In this document: one piece after another, positions 38,589 to 51,433 of the stretch
Layout: every line of letters starts with the position of its first letter
Numbering within the stretch: position 1 is the stretch's first letter
Source: Chiloscyllium plagiosum
Lineage: Eukaryota
Direction: 5' to 3'
DNA: 64,000 bases
Assembly: GCF_004010195.1 (NCBI RefSeq)
Contig: NC_057752.1
Coordinates: 9,247,323 to 9,311,322, forward strand
The notes under the pieces: model-generated
The model's database searches: none
What the model was told of the DNA's origin: nothing
What the model saw: only the letters and a program-made list of their open reading frames with translations
Position numbers and translations under genes: made by a program

Positions 38589-40167
38589 GTTTAAAAAAAT
38601 CATCACTCAACACGAGGTCATAGTCCAGCAGGTTTATTTGGAAGTACTAGCTACACTTCTCCAGCTTCCACCAAAACACATTAAAACAGCCATCCCCTAC
38701 GGACAAGCCCTACGCATTCACAGGATCTGTTCAGATGAGGAGGAACGTGATGGGCATTTGGAAGTACTCAAGGATGCCCTCATAAGAATGGGGTACGATG
38801 CTCAAGTCATCGATTGCCAGTTCTGACGTGCCACAGTGAGAAACCATAATGACCTCCTCAGGAGGCAGACAGGAGCTGCAAACAACAGGGTACTCTTTGT
38901 TGTCCAGTACTTCCCAGGAGCTGAAAAACTACGCTATGTTCTTTGCAGCCTGCAACACGTTATCAATGAGAATAAGCACCTCTAGAAGACCTTCCCCATG
39001 CCTCCATTTCTCACCTTAAACAACCACCAAACCTCAAACAGATCATTGTTTGCAGCAAACTGTCCGGCTTTCAGGACAACACTATACAACCCTGTCATGG
39101 CGGATGTTGCAAGATATGTCAGATCGTCGACACAGATACCACCATTACACATGGGGACAACACCCACCATGTATGCGGCAGGTACTCGTGCGATTCAGCC
39201 AACGTTGTGCATGGTACATGGTGCATGGTACATTGGTGAGACCAAGCAGAGGCTACAGAAATGGATGAATGGACACCACACAACAATCAACAGACAGAGT
39301 GCTCCCTCCCAGTCAGAAAACCCTTCAGCGGTCCGGGACATTCGACCTCTGACCTTCGGGTGACCATCCTCCAAGGTGGACTTTAGGACAGGTGGTAACG
39401 CAAAGTGCCGAGCAGAGGCTCATAGCCAAGTTCAGTACCCATGGCAATGGCCCAACGACTCCTTGGGTTCATGTCACACTACAGGTGATCCCACTGCAGC
39501 TCACGTACACGCTCGTGAAGACCCTCCCTCGTGTGCTCACACATACACACCTACACACGCACCCTCACACCCTAACACCCTATACCCCTTTACACTCTCA
39601 CATACACGCACACTCTCTCAGATACTTATTAAACCCCCCCCGGCGCGCACGCACGCACTCTCTCGCGCATATGCGCGTGCACACATTGGTGGGGTGAATT
39701 TGTACTTGCAGAACTACATTTTATTTTGCTCAAAAACTGCATGAAACTGTAAATCCCTCTTTTCGAAATAGAATCAGTCTGAACATTGGGGCACAGACAG
39801 CCTCACACAGGGCACCTCATCTTGAATGCATTCTCTGAGCTGACATGGCACCTATTGTTAAACTTCACTTGAAACAAAATGTTCTGGGATATACATATGA
39901 AAGAACTGAAACCAACACCTTCATTCTAAAAGCTGAGAGACTTAACAAACAATCCAGGGCTTTTTCAATGTATAATTTCAGTTACATCACACTGTAAACT
40001 TTTGCTATAAATTCTGTGTATCATAATCTGATACTCCACAACCACCTGATGAAGGAGCAGCGCTCCAAAAGCTAGTTCTTCCAAATAAACCTGTTGGACT
40101 ATAACCTGGTGTTGGGTGATTTTTAACTTTGTACACCCCAGTCCAACACCGGCATCTCCAAATCATG
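38589..40167 (+). mobile_element. 5'-truncated Penelope-like retroelement (RT C-terminus and GIY-YIG remnants) with inverted 5' pseudo-LTR piece
   Basis: KTAIPYGQALRIHRICS, WYIGETKQRL..MNGH; 38595-38652 is inverted relative to 40070-40125; 14-bp TSD ACTCTCATTCAAAA at 38575-38588 and 40168-40181 inside an old CR1. Confidence 0.9.
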
Positions 40168-40855
40168 ACTCTCATTCAAAAAGGGAGGAATGCAGGATGA
40201 GGAAACTACAGACCAGTGAACTTAATACCAACTATTATTAAAGATATTCTAGCAGGTACTTGGATAAGTTCAAGGTAATTGGGCAGAGTCAGTATGGCTT
40301 TGTGAAAGGGAAGTCCTGTTTTGTCAGTTTATCGGAAGTTCGTTTTGAGAATAAAGCATGCCCTGTGGATACAGGGGAAACCAATGGATGCACTTCACTT
40401 GGATATCCAGAAGGAATTTGGTAAAGTTAAAATAAAAGCTCGTGGTATGGTGCAGAAGAGATTATTTAGCTTTACAGGAAGCAGCAAAGAGTAGGTATAA
40501 ATGGATTTTTTATGGTAGGCGTGTTCTAACAAGTGGTATGCCGGGGATTGAAGTTCAAAGCTCAAGTAAAATTTGGATGAAGGTCTAAAAGTAGGGTTGC
40601 CAAACTTGATGATACAAAGATAGATAGGAAAGTTATTTGTGAAAAGAACTTAAAGATGTTTCGAAATGATGTAGATAGGTTGAGTGGGCAAAATCTGGCA
40701 AATGGAGTGTAATATGAGAGGTCTGAAAAAAAAACATGTTATCCAAATAGTGAGAGATTGCAGAGTTTTGAGATGCAGATTGGCCTGGGTGCCCTCGTGC
40801 ACAAATCACGATACCGCAAGTAATTAGGAAGGCAGGTAGAGTATTATCACTTTTC

Positions 40856-40991
40856 GGAGGAGAAAGTGAGGTCTGCAGATGCTGGAGATCAGAGCTGGAA
40901 ATGTGTTGCTGGAAAAGCGCAGCAGGTCAGGCAGCATCCAGGGAACAGGAGAATCGATGTTTCGGGCATAAGCCCTTCTTTAGGAAGGGCT
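40856..40991 (-). mobile_element. PLE terminal fragment (young family of 2259/49512)
   Basis: ggagaaagtgaggtctgcagatgctggagatcagagctggaaatgtg... nearly identical to the other copies; second arm almost absent. Confidence 0.85.
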
Positions 40992-41569
40992 TTCACAAAG
41001 GGGTCTGAATGCAAAAGTAGAGATGTTATGCTTCAGTGATACAGGGTACCAGTTATACAGAGACTGCATCTGGAATACTGTGCACAGCGTTGATCACCTT
41101 TATTGAAGGAAGTATGTAAGTGCTTTGCAAACAATTCAGAGAAGGTTTCTCTGGCTCATAGCTGGACTTGGGTGGGGGGGTGGATCATCTCTGAAAAGGA
41201 TAGATGTGGAGATGATGATTCTTCTAGGAGAATCAAGAACTAGGGGGTCCCTTTGAAAATCGGGGATTGCCCATTTAAAACTGAGGTGAAATGTTTGAGG
41301 GTCATGAGTGGATATGTTTTCCTGTATAGATTGTAGAAACAAAGTTCTTGAATATCTTATAATGCAGGTGTAAATAGATTCATGCTAAGCAAAAGCATGA
41401 AAGATTAGGTAGGTGGGAGTGTAGATCTGAGATCCAATATGATCAGCCATGTTTTTATTGAATCACTAGGCAGGCTTCAGGGACTGAATGTGTTGTCCCT
41501 TCTCCTTACTCATGTGTTTATATTGGCTCCCAATTAGGCACTGTGAATTAAAACTTATGCCCTTTGTTT

Positions 41570-41920
41570 CGAATCTCTCCCCAGCTATGCACCCTCTGAC
41601 TTGGATCTACAACTCTTCAATGTCTGCGTGTCTCCAATCCTGGCCTGTTGCACATACCTGGCTTTAATCATTACACCAAGTGGGCTATGCCTTCAGCTGC
41701 TCAGATCATAAAATCTGGAATCCCTCTCTCAACTCCTCTACCTTTCCTCTTTGCTTTTTAAGACATTCCTTAATATCTACAATTTGACCAATGTTTAGTC
41801 ATCTGCCCTAATGTCTCATGTGGTCTAATGTCAAATTTTGTTTGATAACTCTCCACTGTATGCCTGAAGATCTCTTATTATGTTGAAGGCACTAGTTCAT
41901 AACATACACTTGCAATTGTG
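41570..41920 (+). mobile_element. L2-type LINE 3' fragment (related copy 57930-58290)
   Basis: gccttcagctgc..ctggaatccctc..ttttaagacattcctta..ttgacca..gtcaaatttt shared between the two loci. Confidence 0.5.
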
Positions 41921-42029
41921 CTGTTCCATATTCACGCTGAGAGGTAGTATCTTATTTCAATCCATGTTTCTCTCTCTTTTAGCTACTTGGTCTGTTTCCA
42001 TGCTGTACACATCTTTTTCTTTTTTGTTC

Positions 42030-42640
42030 CAGCCGTCCAAGCTGACCAGATATTCCACATTAATGTAGTCCCATTTGCCAGCATTTTGGCCCATATCCCT
42101 CTAAACCCTTCCTATTTATATACCCATCCAGATGCCTTTTAAATGTTGTAATTGTACCAGCCTCCATCACTTCCTCTGGCAGCTCATTCCATGCACATAC
42201 CATCCTCTGTGTGGAAAAAGTTGCCCCTGAGGTCCCTTTTTATATCTTTCACCTCTCACCCTTAAACCTATGCCCTCTAGTTCTAGATGCCCCCACCCCA
42301 GGGAAAAGACCTTGTCTATTTACCCTATCCATCCTCCTCATGATTTTATAAACCTCCAGAAGGTCACCCCTCAGCCTCCGACGCTCCAGGGAAAACAGCC
42401 CCAGCCTGTTCAGCCTCTCCCTATAGCTCAAACCCTCCAACTCTGGCAACATCCTTCTAAATCTTTTCTGAACCCTTTCAAGTTTCACAACATCCTCCCT
42501 GTAGCAGGGAGATCAAAATTGAATACCGCTTTCTAAAAGTGGCCTAACAAATGTCCTGTACAGCTGCCTTACTCAATGCACTAACCAATAAAGGCTAACC
42601 TAACACACACCTTCTACCTGTGACTCCACCTTCGAGGTAC
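42030..42640 (-). mobile_element. CR1 3' fragment
   Basis: KLERVQKRFRRMLPELEGLSYRERLNRLGLFSLERRRLRGDL. Confidence 0.9.
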
Positions 42641-43896
42641 TATGACCTTGCACTTGTTCCCTTTCTCAGATCTTCAATATCATGCACTTTTTTTTTGGAT
42701 GGTGTGTGGAAATCCAGGTCTACAGTGTTTCCTTTAAAGCTCAGTTGTTCAGTCCTATTTTTTTCTGTTTTATACGCACTGGCCCAGATTTTCCAATGGT
42801 CAGATAATTGCTTTTGAAGTGTAGGTGGGGCCCTGCAGGCCCCGCAGAAGCTGCTTCGTAGCAGATCCCAAAGGATTTGCCTAGGAAATTAAAGATTTTG
42901 TTGAGAATTTGAAGAGTTCCACTGGATGTATAATCAATTTGGAGAAGGTAGACCATTTAAGTACCAAGTCTAACTACTGAGTAACTATTCAACTGACCCC
43001 TCAACTTGTCCCTCTCACCTTCAACTACACCTCCCCCAGACCCTGACCTGAAACCCCCTCTGAACTGACACCCCCTCTGAACTGATTATCTCTCTCACTC
43101 CAACCTACCCCAAATACTCCTATTGTTTACCTGGTATCCTCCATGCCTCCCTATCTATCTGACCTACACTCAGGCACCCTAACCTCACCCTAGCCTTGTA
43201 TATTTTTCGCAGGAGTTGTCAAAGTGGCTGTCCTTGGGAAATCTGGCTCCAGTGCTCTATCGCCCTTCCCTTTCCCGATGATTTTGATATTCAGAACTGT
43301 GTAAACTATCCAAAATGCGAGAGTCCTTTGTGCTTGATGTGAAAGTATTCAAGCTGCAGGATTTGTGCTCTATCTCTTGAGCCGTGTATCTCAGGATCAC
43401 ATTTTGCCGCCTTCAGTACTGCATGTTCTCCTGATGGTTTTAGAATTTTTTTCCTGTTTAAAATCCAGATTTCCCTTCTCTGTATTTTCTGATAAACTTT
43501 TTTGGGGGGGGGCACTTGTGATATTTGTTTCCTTTTTCTTGTTTCATGACTTGAGAAAATACGTTTTTGGAGAGATACTATGTGGTCAATCAAAGGTTTT
43601 TTTGTTAAAACTTTATGGATGTAATTTATGTTTGTTAACCTAGGGAATTCAGTAGATTTAATGGGTCATGTACATAATATATCTACTTGTTTCCATTCAG
43701 TTTTTCCAAAGTTCTCCCCTTTCTATCATTAAATAGCACAAAATGCCTTATGTCCCACTACTCATGGGAAATTCTCAAATCTCAATTATCATCTGCCCTT
43801 CTTTTGAAAATTGGAGCTCCATTTGTTTCTTGGTCATTGGGTCAACTTCTCTATTTAGTTATTGCCTCTTCTAGTCCGTTTTAGTTTATTGGTTAT

Positions 43897-44206
43897 GGGC
43901 GGCACGGTGGCACAGTGGTTAGCACTGCTGCCTCACAGCACCAGAGACCGGGTTCAATTCCCGCCTCAGGCAATTGTCTGTGTGGAGTTTGCACATTCTC
44001 CCAGTGTCTGTGTGGGTTTCCTCTGGGTGTTCCAGTTTCCTCCCACAGTCCAAAAATGTGCAGGTTAGGTGAATTGGCCATGCTAAATTGCCCGTAGTGT
44101 TAGGTGAAGGGGTAAATGTAGGGGAATGGGTCTGGGTGGTTGCTGTTCGGAAGGTCAGTGTGGACTTGTTGGGCCGAAGGGCCTGTTTGCGCACTGTAAG
44201 TAATCT
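43897..44206 (+). mobile_element. HE1/V-type SINE
   Basis: Full-length copy. Confidence 0.92.
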
Positions 44207-46559
44207 TAAAAATAACATGGTTTTCTCTAGTCTCTTTGGGCTGAGCAGTCTTGCTGTTTGGGGTATTAGCGTTGGCCTACTTAGCTGCTACTGCATTGTG
44301 GGTGACTTCCTGATGATTTTTTTTTGTTTCCTTGCTATTAAAACCAGACTATTTACATTATTTTAAAAAATCACTCCTGGGATGTGGGAAATATTGGTTC
44401 GGGCAGTACTTATGGCCTACCCCTAAATGCTTTTGAAGATAGTGGTGAGGCACCTTTTCAACTGCTGCAGTCTGTGTGGTTTAGGTACACCTGCAGTGCC
44501 AGTAAGGAGGTCCTGGATTTTGACCAAGTAACAGCAGTTATGGTTCCAAGTCAGGATGGTGTGGCTTGGAGGGAAACTTGTAAATTCACTTGTAAGCTCC
44601 AATAAAGAAGTAATTTTGTAGTATTCTTTGATAATTTGATAAACAAGCTACCAGAATCCCTCCAGTCCTTCCACTTTGCTACTTCGGTTCCTCAGAGATG
44701 TGCACTGGATGGGGAAATCTGAGCACAGATTTGAGTAACTGCTTTGCAAATGACTTTGTCCTGTCCAGAAGTGTAACCCTGACGTCCGCATGACTCACTG
44801 TGACTCACTGTTTCAACAGCAGTGCTTCATTGTTCTAAAGTTCAAGGCCCTCCAATAAATAGAATCTCTGGTACATTATATCTCCCACCAGCCCTAATGT
44901 ACAGCAGCCATGATTTCTATCTTTTGTTAACTTGAATATATAATGCATTGCTACTTTTATTTTTCTCAGCACAATATATTTGTGAAAAGTTCCAACATTG
45001 AGCATTACTTTCAAGTTCTTAGGCTGCTCATAAGAAAAGCAGATTAGCCCATCTTCAGGGTTGGCAGGCCAGTAATTTTGAACAGAGAATTAACTGGTAA
45101 AAAGGTTTCAGCTTGTGCATTTCAATTCAAACAGTCCACAAGCCCGAGTGCCCCTTTTTTGATTTGGTATGTGGGTCTATACCCAGCTATTTATTTTGAA
45201 ATGCTCTACACCCGCTGGGTTTTGGCAGTAGATAGGAGGAAGTCATTGCTGTAGTATTGCATAGAAAATATAATCCAATATGAGCTACATTTTCTGCTTC
45301 ACATGCTGAAGTCATCATATTTTCTCAACTACATTCTGAGAGTATAGATCTCTTTTGATCGGAGTATTGAGTTGGGGTACATGGGAAGGGAGACATCAGT
45401 GTTCTGTTAAATGCCTTGCATTCAGAAGGCTTTGTATTTTGACTCCAGGTGTTTTGAGTAATTGAGGGAGGAGCTGTATTGTATATCAGATGCTGGGCAT
45501 CTTTAGCCTTTGTAGTAACTTGTATTTTTTAAAATTACTTGAGGCCTTTTTTTTTCCAAAAATGATTATTTTAGGAATGTGTCAGCATTCTAAATACACT
45601 GCATCATGAGAAAGGTAGGGCAAAGACACACTGATTTGGAATGAACAATATAAACCAAGCTCATTCTTGACCAAATAAAATGCGATCCTTCAGAAATAAA
45701 GAGAAAATTAGAGAATCAGCCAACCCCTATGCTGCTATTTTTTTTGGAAAAATCATAGTTGAAGGGCCAAGCAGATGCCTAGTGGAAACTCATCAAATTT
45801 CCTGCAGTTGAATATAAAAAAAAAGTCAGTGTAAGACCTTGAATTGAATAGGTTAGCGAGCTGACAGATGGCTGTTAAAAATTTCAGTCCAGATTCCTCC
45901 TCTCTACCCCCCCCCCAAGCCATTTTTAAACTGAATGTGTCAGCAGACATTGAACATAAGTGTATCTCTATGCTGGAGCTACATTCAGTAAAGCAAGCAG
46001 TGTTTGTTGACTTATCTGGTTAATCAGTAGATATCACTGGGAAGTAATGCTTAAATTGTACTTGACCAAGCTTTGATTATGTCTAGTTCTCTTTATTAAG
46101 ATACAAAGCAGCCAAGCTTTGGCAGTGTTGCAGGGAAGAGCAATTAAACTGATTTGCAGCATTCGAGAACTAAGCTGAGGAAATAATTAGTGTTAGGTAG
46201 GTTGATTAAATGTAGCCTTTTTCAGCCTTGGTAACTTAGAGTTGTGTGGTCTAATAAATGGTATCAAAAAGATGTATCCAAGACATGCTGTTTACAATGA
46301 ATGGTGACCAAAAGGCAAAGGACATGGGTTAAAACTGATGAAAAGTACATTTATGACTGATGTTACGGGGTTTTTCTTTCAATTCCATGCTTGCAATGGA
46401 TTTTACAGCAGAATGGCAGAGGAGAGAGAATTAGAATTATTTACAACCAAATGCTGTGATTAGACTAGCTGTGTTTTGTGACCTTTTATCTTTTCCTGGC
46501 TCTCGGTTGATCATCTAATCAGGAAATGCAGAAAAGTGAAGGAATTCTTCAAACCGTTT

Positions 46560-47455
46560 CAGACTGAAATGTCCACCTTTTTATCTTCTCCCAATGATTC
46601 CCCACTACCAAGGTTGAAAGGACCTTAGTAGTGTCCAACCTATTTCCCACTCTTCTGCCCTCACCCCTTCTCTTCCCTCCCACAACAGCGAGTGTTCCCG
46701 GTCCTTAATTTACACGCAACCAGCTGCCATTTCTGCTACCTCCAGTGGGATGTCACCACCTGACAAACATTCCCCACCCCTCCCTTGGCAGCATTCTTCA
46801 AGGATTGTTCCCTGTGGGACACCCTGGTACACACCACCTTTGTTTGTAGCATCTCCCCACACCCCCATGGCACCTTCACATGCAATCTGGAAGGTGCAAC
46901 ACTTGACTGTTTACTTCCTTGCTATCCAAAGCCCCAGACATGTCTACCAGCTGAAGGAGCGATTTACTGTACTTCACTCGATCCAGTCTACTGTATACTG
47001 TTCACAATGTAGTTTTGTTTACGTTGGGGAAACAAAATGCAGACTGGGTGACCATTTTACAGAATGTCTACATTCTGTCCATAAAAGTGACCTCGAGCTT
47101 CCAATTATCTACCACTTCAAAACAGCAGTGTGCTCCCATGCCAATATTTGTCTCCAGCCTGCTGTAATGCTCCAGTGAGCCGTTGGGGACACTGCAGCCT
47201 TCAGGGCACAACATCATGTTCATGCTTTGAAATTAATACACCTCCTTCTATGTGTATTACCTAACTCCACACCCCGGGTCTTGACATGGGTTGCTTTCAG
47301 CACTAACCTATTTTCAACCACTTATATTTCTCTCTCTCCTCTGTCTCAACCGATCTGCTCACTATTCTTTATCACCACTCCCCATATTCAGCATAAATGC
47401 CACCCTTTCCAAGCTCCTATCCTTTCTGAAGAGGGTTCACTGAACTCAACGTTTT
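46560..47455 (+). mobile_element. Old Penelope-like fragment (GIY-YIG)
   Basis: CSQCSFVYVGETKCRLGDHFTECL; decayed terminus ctgaagagggttcactgaactc. Confidence 0.75.
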
Positions 47456-47461
47456 CTTTCT

Positions 47462-47577
47462 TTCTCTCGCGCGCTCTCTCTCTCCCTCTCGTGCTCTCTC
47501 TCTCCCTCTCGCGCGCTCTCTCTCCCTCTCGCGCGCTCTCTCTCCCTCTCGCGCGCTCTCTCCCCCTCTCGCGCGCA
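47462..47577. repeat. Compound (CT)n/(GC)n minisatellite, ~20-22 bp unit
   Basis: Repeats of tctcgcgcgctctctctccc. Confidence 0.9.
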
Positions 47578-47710
47578 TACCCCAGTGATCCAAGAACTTA
47601 AATCCTTGCTTCCTGCACCAGTTCCCCAACCACACGTTCAAGTCCATTATCTCCCTGTTTCTGGCCACACCTGCCCGAGGAACTGGAAGCAAACCGGAGA
47701 TAACCACCTT
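47578..47710 (-). mobile_element. LINE ORF1 SGNH-esterase fragment
   Basis: VVISGLLPVPRAGVARNREIMDLNVWLGNWCRKQGFKFLDHWG, typical of CR1 ORF1 esterase. Confidence 0.75.
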
Positions 47711-49511
47711 GGACTGAAGATGGCCAAGAAACCAGAATTAGAGAAGTGCAGAGCTCTTGAATGTTTGTGGGACTAGTAGAAATTGCAGAGAGGGTGGGAT
47801 AAGGCCATGTACAAACGTAGAAAATCAGTAGAAGAATTTCAAAATCACAGAATTGCTTGTCTTGGCCAGACTATGCTAATGAACACAGGGCTGACAAGGG
47901 TATAGCATTGTGTGGATTATATATAAATATGAAATATATATGTAATTTTAATTTTGCAAAAGTTTTCTGTAGTCTGCAGGAATCGTGCTACAAAGGCTTG
48001 ATTTGCAAGCAGGGCAATGGTGCAGAAATCAATAGTGGAATGTGTGAAATTGAGGAAGTGCAAGAGGCCAGAAATAGATGTGTGCATTCCTAAATGATTA
48101 TTTTAAGTTCAGAAAAGAATCTGTCTTTTAATTTGGCTTTTCAGACTGAGTAATATAGTTCATTGATTTATTGGATTTTTTTTCAGTTGATAGCATGAGG
48201 GAGGATAAAGGGGAACCAGTGGATGTACTGGTGTGAAAGAGATGTTTCCTTTTGTTGAAAAATCTAGAACTGGGGGTTACGTTTTAAGAAGAGTTGGAGT
48301 GCCTATTTAAAGCAGGAGGAGAAGTTTTTCTGTCAAGTTTGTGAGCCTTTGTTTCCACCGTCCTTTGAGAGAAAGTTTTGAGGGTTTGAATGTTTTTAAG
48401 GCAGAGGTATAGATTTTTGATTAGCAAAGTGGTAAAAATTTATTTGGCAACGGTGTTGAATATTAGAATGTGGAGTTGAGGTTGCATTCAGATCAGCTAT
48501 AATTACCTCGAATGGCAGAGTAAGTTTGAGGTACTGAGTGGCGTATGTCTGCTGCAACTCCGTAGCAAGGGGAAAATGAGGTGTATTTATTTTATTGCAT
48601 TTACTTTTCTGTTTGCCTGCTAGTGTAAAATCAATATCTGAGCACACAGGATTTGTCACATTATTGTGAATAGCTATCTTGAACATTTGGTGAATAGGCT
48701 GAGAATTGAAAATTACCTGTCAAGAGGAATATGATGTGAAATACAGCAGTATCACAAGGAGTATGATGTATGCAAGGATGCTTGGACCAAAGCTGAAACA
48801 GTAACTGATATCCTTTTTTTTTTCTCTCTCTCTCTTTTCCCCCCCCCCCCCCCCTTTTTTTTTCGGCCTGGCTGAACCATATTTACAATAATAAGTCAGT
48901 GTCTCTGTTAAAATGCAACTTTTTCTGTGTCACTTTGCAAAGTAGTTTCTGGCTCATTGTCCTGTTAAACCTGTAATTTATTTTCAATTGCCTTACATTG
49001 TCAGGCCTTATTATCTTCAAGAACTTGGTTCTCAAACATAAACATGACTTTTTCGCCTCTTCTTGTATGGGTGTTGTAGAATTCAGCACATCTGGCATTG
49101 TCATGGATATGCTGACCTCAGTCTAAAGCAAAAAGCTGCATTAGCTTCCCAAGCTGTTTAACACAAGTCATGAAATCCATGTGGTGTGGAAGTAACTGAG
49201 GTGTAAGAGCAAAAGATTTTCTCGATTGGGAGAACCTTTTAATAAAAGTTCATTGTATGGTCTGAGGATAGAGAAAGAAAGTATGTAATCTGAGAGGCTT
49301 TGTGTGCTGCATTGATTTTGCTTTAATGTTCTCGCTTGGAGAAGTTTGAGGGGAATGAGACTTGTAATTTGGACACCACTCAAACATTAGATTTAGTTTG
49401 ATTCAGATCTCCAGCAATCTCAGTTCTTATTTTACGTTTTTCTCTGCATTCTGAACGGCTGCGGGTCTCTTGAAGACTATAGGTAAGTTCCATGGTTAAC
49501 ACTGCAATTTA

Positions 49512-49718
49512 TGAGGAGAAAGTGAGGTCTGCAGATGCTGGAGATCAGAGCTGGAAATGTGTTGCTGGAAAAGCGCAGCAGGTCAGGCAGCATCCAGGGA
49601 ACAGGAGAATCGACGTTTCGGGCATAAGCCCTTCTTCAGGAAGGGCTTATGCCCGAAACGTCGATTCTCCTGTTCCCTGGATGCTGCCTGACCTGCGCTT
49701 TTCCAGCAACACATTTCC
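49512..49718 (-). mobile_element. Penelope-derived fold-back element with 14-bp TSD and intact hammerhead core
   Basis: TSD AACACTGCAATTTA at 49498-49511 and 49719-49732; minus strand ttcCTGAAGAaGGGCttatGCCCGAAACGTCgatt. Confidence 0.88.
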
Positions 49719-51433
49719 AACACTGCAATTTAGGCCTGTAACTAGAACAAATATTGAAACCTGTCTTCAGTTTTATTTCTCATGCTTTTTTTTTGTATAC
49801 CCTGCATTTTCGCACATTCCCAGCATCTTACTTTCTTCAATCATTTTACCACTGTAACCTTCCTTGCTGCCCAATCAGCCACTTGAATGTTTTGCATCTT
49901 TTCAAACCGATAGACAGCTTCAATTCTTTTATATATGTGGATGGGTGAGGGAAATGGGAACCTTTGTGACATTCTCATTTTTGTTTGGGGTCAGAACCCA
50001 AAAGGAGTGAGATGTGTGATTGCCTGTTGCATACTATAAAATTGACCTATTTGCCTTTGCTCTTGTAATTTTTATGATGTGCAGTGAAGTGTGTGATTTT
50101 GAGCTAATGACTTGAAATGGAAACATTTTTCTGGTGGTCACCTCTTGAGAATGGGATATGGTTGCCTTCAAGAAAACAATAGAGTAAGTTTCTAACATAC
50201 ACACACGCACAGTATTAGGCAATTCCTGGGGATTTATAAATGTACTTTGCTATATCTCTTTCCTCCAGCCAGACACTTCATTTGCTGCTTTGATCGGAGT
50301 CCCAAAGACACTGATCGAATATGCTTTCATCACTTCCACAGTCTACTGAGATGGAACTTTGTGAACAAAGCTGTACAGCTGCGTCTCAATGCAGCTTGGG
50401 TTTTCTTAAAGGAGGCAGAGGTGTGTCCAGCCCTTTTAAGCCACGTGTATATGACCCTGGTGTGGGCTGCATGCAGCAAAAACTCTGAGCCAAACCTCTC
50501 CTTCCCTACTGGTTTTCATGCCCCTTCTGCTGCTGCTGCTGTAGGCCTGTCACAAAGATCACAAATAATAAGCCTTTTCATTGTCTTGACTTCTTGGGCT
50601 ACTGATAGCTACTTTCTGATTGTGCAGTTAAACCAGTGAAGAGCAGAGCTTTTTTGTCTCAGTCGGACAGCAATTCTTTGAAGGCAAAGCAATGCAATTA
50701 TGTCAATGTTGCCCATGAATGGACAAAATAAATTGTGAACCGGTTTTGAGAGGCTTCTGGGCTAAGTCTTTAAGACTGCCTACCAAAGTGCGAAATTTCA
50801 AAAGAATGCGGTGATTTTGAACTTGACTTAACAGTCATAACTTTTATTTTTGTTTATGTCTTGTGTATTTTTTGCAATAAACAATATTGTAGCTTGACCT
50901 GAGATGCCTTTTTTCCCCTTTCCAAACCTCTTTTCCCCCCCGCAATAAGCAAAAGCCTGAGATCTCATGTGTGCTTTGGTCATCTTGTGCTGTATCATGT
51001 CAAATCCACTGGCAAGTGGATTGATTTATAGGTGCTAAAGCACAATGCTTGGCTCGCTGCACATTTATATTTTGATTCCTTTCAATTCAAGAGGTGTGGT
51101 CCTGCTTACTGTTCCCTTTCCTCTTTTGAGGGTGGATGAAGCACATTGGGAGATGATTAACGTTGTAGTGAGATGATAGAGGAAGAGTCATCATTTTGCC
51201 CCATGAGGCATAAGGTACAATTGGGACCTTTTCAGTCCCCAGAGTTGAGCTTCACACTGTATCCTCTCCATTAGTTAACATAAAAATATAGAAACTAGGA
51301 GCAGGAATAGGCCATTGACACTTCAAGCCTACACCACCATTCAATATGACAGATCCTCCTCCTCAAAACCACATGCTCACTTTCTCTCCATACTTCTAGT
51401 GCCTTTTAATGTAAAAAAATTCAAAATCTTGAT

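Larger units (their letters stand above)
38365..41510 (+). mobile_element. Old CR1-type LINE hosting two PLE insertions
   Basis: ttcaaaaagggagg..ggaaactacagaccagtg, tggcaaatggagt.taat, catctggaatactgtgcacag remnants. Confidence 0.7.
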
